Below the pieces are notes generated by a model that did no database searches, was not told where the DNA came from, and saw nothing but the letters and a program-made list of their open reading frames with translations. A stretch of DNA of 64,000 bases from Candidatus Saccharimonadota bacterium. Its GTDB lineage: Bacteria > Patescibacteriota > Saccharimonadia > Saccharimonadales > CAIOMD01. How positions within the stretch are numbered: the first letter of the stretch is position 1; every line of letters starts with the position of its first letter. The stretch lies in NCBI GenBank assembly GCA_031973215.1, contig DALYDK010000003.1, positions 27,576 through 91,575 of the forward strand, given 5' to 3'. Of the stretch, positions 57,516-64,000 are shown in pieces. Position numbers and translations under genes: made by a program.

Positions 57516-59192
57516 ATGGCTAAAGATGTAATTTATATTGACTCAGATGATGAAATCGCTGCAGTTACCTCTAAGGTGAGTAGCTCTAAAGAAAGTGTCG
57601 TAGCTTTAGTTTTGCCAAAAAGATGCCCCTTGCTTCAAAGTTCGGTAAATATGAAAATTCTTAACAGGGCCGCCAATGCATCTTCTAAGCAAATTGTTTT
57701 GGTGACTAGTGAGCCTGGAATACTTAAGCTTGCCGGACTGGCGGGTGTCTTTGTGGCTGGTACGCTTCAGAGCAAGCCATATGTTCCTGAAGCAGAGAAG
57801 GCACTACCAAAAGAAAATCATATAGAAGAAATTACAGACGAATCAAGTAGTGATGAATTAGCCGAAAACACCATCCCGGAACAGACTGAAGCAAAGAATG
57901 TTAAGCCAGCAAAAGAATCGCAAAGTAGCAACTCAAAGAATAACAAAAAAAGTAAGGATAAAACTAAAAAAGACAGTAAACTCAAGGTGCCAAACTTTGA
58001 TAGTTTTCGGACCCGCTTATTTGTAATTGGCGGAGGAATCTTTGCCTTAATTGTTATTTTTATTCTGGCTTTTTATGTTCTTCCAAAAGCCAAAATTACC
58101 ATAGTATCTGAAACTCAATCAGTTAAAGTAGCTACAGACATAGAAGCTAACCCTAAAGCAACCTCAGATAATGTTGAATCAAAAGAGTTTATTTTAAAAA
58201 CAAGTACCATAGACAAGTCTGACAGCAAAAAAACTGCTGCCACCGGCCAAAGGAATGACGGCACAAAAGCAACTGGCAAAATTACAGTTTATAACTGCGA
58301 CTTTAAGGATGGCTTTACAATTCCTGCCGGCTCTACATTTACTACTGGCTTTTCTGGTGGAACAGCAAGTTTTGTAACCAGTGACGCTGTTATTGTTCCT
58401 GGCTTTACTAGCTCTAGTGCTTCATCGTGTAAGCTTACTAGTCCATATTCTGGCTCAGGAAAGGCGGTAGCGTCAGTAACTGCCGTAAACCCAGGCTCTC
58501 AATATAATCTAAGTAGTAACCGAACGTATACTGTCCCAGGTATTTCAGATGTTAACGATGTTGTTGCGGTTGGTGATGCTATGGGGGGTGGGCAGGATAA
58601 AATTACAAAAATTGTTTCTGCCGAAGACTGCGATAAAGCAAAAAACGATGTTCAATCTGCAATTAGCGGAGGGGACTACCAGAAGCAATTAACCGCTGAA
58701 TTCGAGAAAAAAGGTATTTTTCCAAGCATAGACACATTTAGTGCAAAAACAGTAAGCGTTAGTTGTTCTCCTCAGCCTGGAAATCCTGGGGAAGAAGTAA
58801 CCGCGACCGCTAAAATGCAGTTTACTATGTCTGGAGTTGATTCCAAGGCCCTAGGCCAGTTGGTTGATAATAGCGCGCTCGCCCAAACAGGTCCAAACCA
58901 AACAGTTGTCAATAACGGTCTTAGTGACGCTACACTTACCCTTAAGCAAACAAAATCCGGGGGTACTCAAGTATTTACTCTTGATACAACGGCCGAAGTT
59001 GCCGTTAAGCAAGATCCTGAAGCAATTGCCAGCCAAGTAAAAGGCAAAAATGCAAGACAAACAGCAGAAATCATTAAATCAATCAATGGTGTTAAAGATG
59101 TAAAAGTCGACTATAGTCCATTTTGGGTTTCAAAAACACCAACAAACACTAAAAAAATCCAAATAATATTTGTCAATGAATCAAATAGTTAA
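57516..59192 (+). CDS. hypothetical bitopic membrane protein (cytoplasmic N-domain, one TM, large extracytoplasmic domain)
   Basis: 558 aa. Conserved-looking N-terminal ~90 aa, a Lys/Ser-rich linker, TM LFVIGGGIFALIVIFILAFYVL, then a ~370-aa beta-rich ectodomain. The gene starts 8 nt after ftsA. Confidence 0.7.
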   Translation: MAKDVIYIDSDDEIAAVTSKVSSSKESVVALVLPKRCPLLQSSVNMKILNRAANASSKQIVLVTSEPGILKLAGLAGVFVAGTLQSKPYVPEAEKALPKENHIEEITDESSSDELAENTIPEQTEAKNVKPAKESQSSNSKNNKKSKDKTKKDSKLKVPNFDSFRTRLFVIGGGIFALIVIFILAFYVLPKAKITIVSETQSVKVATDIEANPKATSDNVESKEFILKTSTIDKSDSKKTAATGQRNDGTKATGKITVYNCDFKDGFTIPAGSTFTTGFSGGTASFVTSDAVIVPGFTSSSASSCKLTSPYSGSGKAVASVTAVNPGSQYNLSSNRTYTVPGISDVNDVVAVGDAMGGGQDKITKIVSAEDCDKAKNDVQSAISGGDYQKQLTAEFEKKGIFPSIDTFSAKTVSVSCSPQPGNPGEEVTATAKMQFTMSGVDSKALGQLVDNSALAQTGPNQTVVNNGLSDATLTLKQTKSGGTQVFTLDTTAEVAVKQDPEAIASQVKGKNARQTAEIIKSINGVKDVKVDYSPFWVSKTPTNTKKIQIIFVNESNS

Positions 59193-59583
59193 TATTTTAG
59201 GATTAGACATTGGAGAAAAAAGGATAGGTGTTGCCAGGGCTAATTCTTTGGCAAAATTAACCGAACCTTTGATAGTTTTAGAAAATAAAGAAGATTTTAT
59301 GCAAAAATTACAAGATATTATGCAAGAGCATGATATAAGTTTAGTAATTATTGGTTTGCCAAGAAGCCTTGAGGGTAACGAAACCGAGCAGTCAGCATAT
59401 ACTAGGCGTTTTGTTTCAGATAACTTTCAGGATATACCTGTAAAGTTCCAAGACGAAACTCTAAGTTCGGTAGAGGCAGAAAAAAGATTAAAAAGCTTTG
59501 GCCTCGATAACCGTCCAGATATGCTAGATGCGGTTGCTGCCTGTATAATACTAGAGGATTATTTTAATTATGAAAGTCACTAA
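59170..59583 (+). CDS. ruvX: Holliday junction resolvase-like / pre-16S rRNA nuclease YqgF
   Basis: 137 aa. ILGLDIGEKRIGVA and GLPRSLEGNETEQ motifs. Confidence 0.9.
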   Translation: MSMNQIVNILGLDIGEKRIGVARANSLAKLTEPLIVLENKEDFMQKLQDIMQEHDISLVIIGLPRSLEGNETEQSAYTRRFVSDNFQDIPVKFQDETLSSVEAEKRLKSFGLDNRPDMLDAVAACIILEDYFNYESH

Positions 59584-60625
59584 GAGACATTTTTACAGAT
59601 CGAGCCGTGCCAAAAAGGTTATTTTTAGTACCTTGGCAATTATTCTTTTGCTATTTATTGCTGCTGCTATAGGAGTAAATATATGGTACCAAAATAACCT
59701 TAAACCAGCGAAAAATGAAGGCTCTGCAATTATTTTCGTCGTAGATGAAGGACAGTCCGCCCCACTAACCGCCAAAAGCCTCCAGGAGCAAAATCTAATT
59801 AGAAGTTCCCAGGCATTTTTATGGTACCTAAGAAATCAGGGCACAACTAATAAGATTCAAGCTGGTAGCTATGAAATAAAGCCTACCCAGAGCTCTCAGG
59901 AAATTGCTCAGATGCTGACAACCGGTAAAGTATCTTCTAAGTTCTTTACCATTCTTCCCGGAAAACGACTAGATCAAATACGGCAAAATTTTATTGATGC
60001 TGGTTTTTCTGCAGAAGAGGTTGATAAAGCACTCGATCCAGCAAATTACTCTAATCACCCTGCTTTAATAGCTAAGCCGACAGATCAGTCATTAGAAGGC
60101 TATATTTACCCAGAAACCTTCAAAATTGATTCATCTACAACTCCTCAGCAGATTGTTAGGCTTTCTTTAGATGAGTTAGCTTCGGTGCTAACACCTGGTT
60201 TAATAGATGCCTTTCAGGCACAAGGCCTAGGTATTCATAGAGCAATAACCCTAGCTTCAATTATTGAAAAAGAAGCAGCCAATGCTCAAGATAAAAAAGA
60301 TATTGCTGGGGTATTTTTTAACAGACTTAAACAGGGAATGCCACTTCAGTCAGACCCTACCTATAAATACGCTGCCTTTCTAAAAAACGAAGCTCCATCA
60401 CCGGCAATTGATTCCCCTTATAATACCTACAAAGTATCCGGATTGCCCCCTGGTCCAATTAGTAACGTAAGTAAAAATGCCCTACAAGCCGTTGCTTCGC
60501 CGACAAAACATGATTATCTCTATTTTGTATCAGGAGATGACGATATAACACGGTTTTCTAAGACACTTCAGGAGCACGAAGCTTTGGTAAAGCAATACTG
60601 TATTAAGAAGTGCGCTACTTACTAG
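59570..60625 (+). CDS. mltG: endolytic murein transglycosylase MltG (YceG-like)
   Basis: 351 aa. N-terminal TM. LEGYIYPETF, ASIIEKEA and LQSDPT motifs. Confidence 0.9.
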   Translation: MKVTKRHFYRSSRAKKVIFSTLAIILLLFIAAAIGVNIWYQNNLKPAKNEGSAIIFVVDEGQSAPLTAKSLQEQNLIRSSQAFLWYLRNQGTTNKIQAGSYEIKPTQSSQEIAQMLTTGKVSSKFFTILPGKRLDQIRQNFIDAGFSAEEVDKALDPANYSNHPALIAKPTDQSLEGYIYPETFKIDSSTTPQQIVRLSLDELASVLTPGLIDAFQAQGLGIHRAITLASIIEKEAANAQDKKDIAGVFFNRLKQGMPLQSDPTYKYAAFLKNEAPSPAIDSPYNTYKVSGLPPGPISNVSKNALQAVASPTKHDYLYFVSGDDDITRFSKTLQEHEALVKQYCIKKCATY

Positions 60626-61205
60626 TGTTCTACCCCTGTTGATCATACACAAAAAATGGCCAAAAAACTTGACATTTTAGGTTGCAAAATATAGACTAAT
60701 AAGTACGATTTTTGGTGATATTGTCACTGAAGAACAATAAACAGGTTCTTAAAAAATCGGTCGTAGTCTACTAGCTATCTAAATGGCCTTATGGTTCATG
60801 CAGCGTTTTTTTCGCAGACAACTAATAATTAAACGGTAGATACTACGAAAAGACTCTAGAAAGAGTCAGGAGAGTTGTATTAGTAACTTAATTACACCTG
60901 CTAGTTCAGGTAAGGTTATCACTACAAACACAAACATTCCCAAAATTGGCTCTTCAGATATAAAGAAGGCAGCCAAGTCAAAAGCTCGAAAAAGTAAGAA
61001 ATCATTCAAGAAACACGCGCTTCTTATAGCTAATGTTTCTATATTATTAGCAGTTGCAGGTCTAATATTCGCAGGTCAGACAAGTTCTAGCGAAATTAGC
61101 TCTAAATCGGCCCTACTTAGTCAAACAGGTACTAGTAGTGCTGCTGCACCCTTAGACTCTTTATCTTCGGCTGATATTGCCGCTAACATCGCTCAGGTTG
61201 TAAAT

Positions 61206-62048
61206 ATGCCTGAGGTTATTCCAGTTTCAAACCAAGCCGATTCTGTGAATGCTCAGCTATCACAGGCTGATGCAGTAGAGGCTGTTGTAGACAAGCCGCA
61301 ATTAGTTGCCGGTGGCGCAAAGACTAAAGAAGACATTCAGAAATACACAGCCCAAGCAGGTGAATCTGTAGCATCTATTGCCGAAAAGTTCGGAGTAAGT
61401 GTCGATACCATTAAGTGGTCTAACGGTATTGCAACAGATACAATAAGTGCTTCTAAAGAGTTGGTTATTCCACCAAGAAACGGTGTTTTGTATAAGGTTC
61501 AGGCCGGTGATACTGTTGATACTTTAGCATCAAAATATAGTGCCTCTAAAGAACAAATTATTGCTTTTAATGATATTGAAATAACAGGAAATCTACCTGT
61601 CGGTGAAAATATTCTTATTCCTGATGGTAAAAAACCTGCAGATCCCGCTCCTGTTACAACAACCAGGACAACTACTAGCTCATCAACCAGTACAGCATCA
61701 TCTTCTACGGCAACTTATGGATTTGTTGCTCGTTACGGAGGCAACGGCTATGTTCCTGGATACTGTACTTGGTATGCTGCTTCCAGGGTCGCAATTCCAA
61801 ATAACTGGGGTAACGCAAACACCTGGGACAACAGAGCACGTGCAAGTGGCTGGACAGTAAGTTCTGTTCCTGTTGCTGGCGCTATTTTCCAAACTGATGC
61901 CGGTTGGGCAGGTCATGTTGGTATCGTTGAAGAGGTCCATGGAGATGGAACGATGACTGTCTCTGATATGAACGGCTTCTCGGGCTTTGGTCGAGTAGGA
62001 TATGCTCGAGTACCAGTAACCGCTTATCCTAACTATATTTACAGATAA
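61206..62048 (+). CDS. peptidoglycan hydrolase with two LysM domains and a C-terminal CHAP domain (5' end probably extends upstream)
   Basis: 280 aa from the ATG at 61206. LysM repeats (YTAQAGESVASIAEKFGVSVDTIKWSNGI and YKVQAGDTVDTLASKYSASKEQIIAFNDI). Thr/Ser linker. CHAP domain with GYCTWYAASR (Cys) and GHVGIVEEV (His). The frame stays open upstream to 60840 and there encodes a Lys-rich segment plus a TM helix. No ATG, GTG or TTG occurs in that stretch. Confidence 0.8.
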   Translation: MPEVIPVSNQADSVNAQLSQADAVEAVVDKPQLVAGGAKTKEDIQKYTAQAGESVASIAEKFGVSVDTIKWSNGIATDTISASKELVIPPRNGVLYKVQAGDTVDTLASKYSASKEQIIAFNDIEITGNLPVGENILIPDGKKPADPAPVTTTRTTTSSSTSTASSSTATYGFVARYGGNGYVPGYCTWYAASRVAIPNNWGNANTWDNRARASGWTVSSVPVAGAIFQTDAGWAGHVGIVEEVHGDGTMTVSDMNGFSGFGRVGYARVPVTAYPNYIYR

Positions 62049-62061
62049 AGCAAATATTCGT

Positions 62062-62096
62062 AAAAACTCCTCTTATTTTTTAAGGGGAGTTTTTTA
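62062..62096 (+). terminator. rho-independent terminator after the LysM-CHAP gene
   Basis: aaaaactcc ... ggagttttt stem followed by a T-run. Confidence 0.7.
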
Positions 62097-62116
62097 TTTG
62101 TATATAATAGATAGCA

Positions 62117-63079
62117 ATGACAGTAAACATGAAACAAAGACATTTTTTGCAATCAGACGAATGGGGTAGGGTTCAGGCTGGTTTTGGTAAAGAAGTAGTT
62201 AAAAGAGAAGGTCCAGATTGGAGTTATCAAGCTTTAATAGGCTCGAACCCTGGTAGAATTGGCAAATATATTAAATGTGTCTTTTTACCTTACGGCCCAG
62301 TCTTTAGCAGCCAGAAGGGCCTTAAAATGGCTCTAGATGATGTTTATGAACTGGCCTTAGCTCGTAAAGCCGACCAGATTGTCGTAGAGCCTTATTGTAT
62401 ATCTGAAATATCAGAGATTTCGGACGTCATGGAAGGTTATATAAAGTTGCCTAAATCTCGCCAGCCAGAACTTACGCTTGTGACGGATTTATCAAAGCCC
62501 TGGGATGAAGTTCTGCTAGGAATGTCAAAAACTAACAGATACCAATGGAAATATCTTGAAAGGGATGGGCTATCTTTTATAAAAAGCTACACCCCAGAAG
62601 ATGTAGAAGATTTTGCGAATATGATGCAAGCTACTACCAACAGGACCGGGGCTCATTTCCCTGGTATTAGTTACTATAAGCATATTTTAAAAACCTTAGG
62701 CCCCGAAAAAAAAGCAGGACTGGTTTACGGTTACCATGACGGTAAAAGGTTGGTAGGTACGCTTTTTATAGACGATCTTGAGGCAAAAAGAAGATACTAT
62801 TTATACGCTGGTTCGTTCGATGAAATGAGAAATGTCAAAGCGGCTCTTAATGCCGCACTAGTCATGTATCTACAAAAAGATGCCCAAGACTCAGGGTTGC
62901 AGTCTCTAGATTATTTCGGAGTTGCGCCTGTGGATGCCCCTAAAGACCACCCCTGGTATGGTCTTAGCAAATTCAAAAGGTCACTTGGCGGTGAAGATTT
63001 TTCTACTCTTGGCACATGGGAGAAAAACTTACATAAGAGTAAGGTGAGTTTTGTGAAACTTCTTCAAAAAATTATTTAA
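62117..63079 (+). CDS. FemAB-family peptidoglycan interpeptide-bridge aminoacyltransferase (FemX-like)
   Basis: 320 aa. An N-terminal FLQSDEWGRVQ-type motif and the GNAT-pair length are typical of FemX/FemAB-like tRNA-dependent transferases. Assignment by eye. Confidence 0.65.
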   Translation: MTVNMKQRHFLQSDEWGRVQAGFGKEVVKREGPDWSYQALIGSNPGRIGKYIKCVFLPYGPVFSSQKGLKMALDDVYELALARKADQIVVEPYCISEISEISDVMEGYIKLPKSRQPELTLVTDLSKPWDEVLLGMSKTNRYQWKYLERDGLSFIKSYTPEDVEDFANMMQATTNRTGAHFPGISYYKHILKTLGPEKKAGLVYGYHDGKRLVGTLFIDDLEAKRRYYLYAGSFDEMRNVKAALNAALVMYLQKDAQDSGLQSLDYFGVAPVDAPKDHPWYGLSKFKRSLGGEDFSTLGTWEKNLHKSKVSFVKLLQKII

Positions 63080-63117
63080 CAGAGATTTATAGTAAGAAAT
63101 TAGCTATAATTAGTTCG

Positions 63118-64000
63118 ATGTTTGTAGATAAAGTACAAGTTAATGTTAAAGCAGGAGATGGCGGTGATGGAATCGTCAGTTTTAGGCATGAAATTTATGT
63201 CGATAAGGGTGGTCCAGACGGTGGAGACGGTGGTAAGGGAGGTGACGTAATAGCCAAAGCTACTCGAAACGAAAATACTCTGGCAAAATACCGCTTTAAC
63301 AAGCTCTTAAAAGCTGACAATGGCAAAAATGGTGGTGGTCAGAAAAAAAGAGGCAAATCAGGCCAGGATTTAATTTTAGATGTTCCAGTCGGTACCGTAG
63401 TTATTTATAATGACGAAATTTTAGCCGATCTTACTGAAGATGGCGCCGAGGCGGTTATTGCTAGAGGAGGCGATGGAGGATTTGGCAATGCTCACTTTAC
63501 TAGCTCTGTTAGGCAGGCACCAAAAGTGGCCGAAAAAGGCGAAAAAGGCGAAGAATTTGACTTTATTTTTGAACTTAAAATGATTGCTGACATTGGTTTA
63601 GTTGGTTTGCCAAATGCTGGTAAGAGCACGTTTTTAAGTGTTGTTTCAAACGCCAGGCCCGAAATTGCTGATTACCCTTTCACTACGCTAGTCCCTAATC
63701 TTGGAGTTGTCGATCTCGATAAAGATAAATCACTTTTGATTGCGGATATTCCTGGACTTATTGAAGGCGCAAGTTCTGGAAAGGGTTTAGGGGACGAGTT
63801 CTTAAGACATGTCTCTAGGTGTCATATACTGCTTCATTTAATTGATTCAAGAAGCGAAGATATAGTAAAAGACTATAAAATAATCAGGACAGAGCTTGAA
63901 AAGCACAGTCCAGAGCTAGCCACAAAACATGAAGTAGTCGCTCTTACTAAAATAGACTTAATAGACAGTGACATTGTTGAATATCAAAAAGAATTACTCG
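63118..64000 (+). CDS. obg: GTPase Obg/CgtA (3' end truncated by the window edge)
   Basis: MFVDKVQVNVKAGDGGDGIVSFRHEIYVDKGGPDGGDGGKGGDV (Obg fold). G1 GLPNAGKST and G3 DIPGLIEGAS. The frame is open to position 64000 and is therefore not in the ORF track. Confidence 0.93.
   Translation, partial: MFVDKVQVNVKAGDGGDGIVSFRHEIYVDKGGPDGGDGGKGGDVIAKATRNENTLAKYRFNKLLKADNGKNGGGQKKRGKSGQDLILDVPVGTVVIYNDEILADLTEDGAEAVIARGGDGGFGNAHFTSSVRQAPKVAEKGEKGEEFDFIFELKMIADIGLVGLPNAGKSTFLSVVSNARPEIADYPFTTLVPNLGVVDLDKDKSLLIADIPGLIEGASSGKGLGDEFLRHVSRCHILLHLIDSRSEDIVKDYKIIRTELEKHSPELATKHEVVALTKIDLIDSDIVEYQKELL

Noticed and set aside
60690-60880. cyclic-di-AMP (ydaO-type) riboswitch in the long leader of the LysM-CHAP hydrolase gene
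   Set aside because: The context is right, because such riboswitches often precede wall hydrolases. However, the leader lacks the characteristic GGGG(A)CC / ACGGGG / CCGA conserved segments and is very AT-rich.

Overview
This is a 64-kb low-GC bacterial chromosome segment. Hand counts of 60-nt samples gave about 33% GC in ordinary genes. It uses the standard code: TGA is a stop, for example at 28903-28905. Genes are densely packed, small and often overlapping. The content is Gram-positive-like (an LPXTG protein, FemAB, LysM-CHAP, MltG) with a fermentative core. By inference only, this looks like a CPR/Patescibacteria genome, probably Saccharibacteria.

Layout:
- 0-9 kb: an accessory-looking block. 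It holds membrane proteins, a multi-TM GAF histidine kinase, a 743-aa acidic membrane protein and an LPXTG surface protein.
- 7979-9044: a roughly 1-kb high-GC islet bounded by 17-bp inverted repeats, encoding one secreted protein.
- About 9.3-9.7 kb: tRNA-Glu plus a disrupted tRNA-Glu-like copy.
- 10.4-20.1 kb: a lower-glycolysis supercluster (eno, a D-LDH::PGM fusion, an adk-like gene, ppsA, pyk, pgk, tpiA).
- 20.6-27.1 kb: housekeeping genes (pcrA, Nudix, a G5/DUF348 wall protein, rsmA, MFS) and tmRNA.
- 28.2-32.5 kb: a MacB-type ABC pair, FKBP and metG.
- 32.5-38.9 kb: an NrtR-controlled NAD salvage cluster with a repeated GT-N7-AC operator.
- 41.5-47.4 kb: an F1-type ATPase operon (b, delta, alpha, gamma, beta, epsilon) with no a or c genes.
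- 47.4-55.1 kb: a seven-gene cell-surface locus.
- 55.1-64 kb: mnmA, ftsA, ruvX, mltG, LysM-CHAP, a FemAB-like gene and obg (cut by the window edge).

The best candidate for an undescribed system is the 47.4-55.1 kb surface locus. It combines four secreted paralogues with a DUF916/DUF3324-like anchored protein and a PKD protein.

CDS coordinates come from the ORF track. Coordinates I derived by hand (RNAs, repeats, hairpins) may be off by 1-2 nt. No CRISPR array, transposase or integrase was seen.
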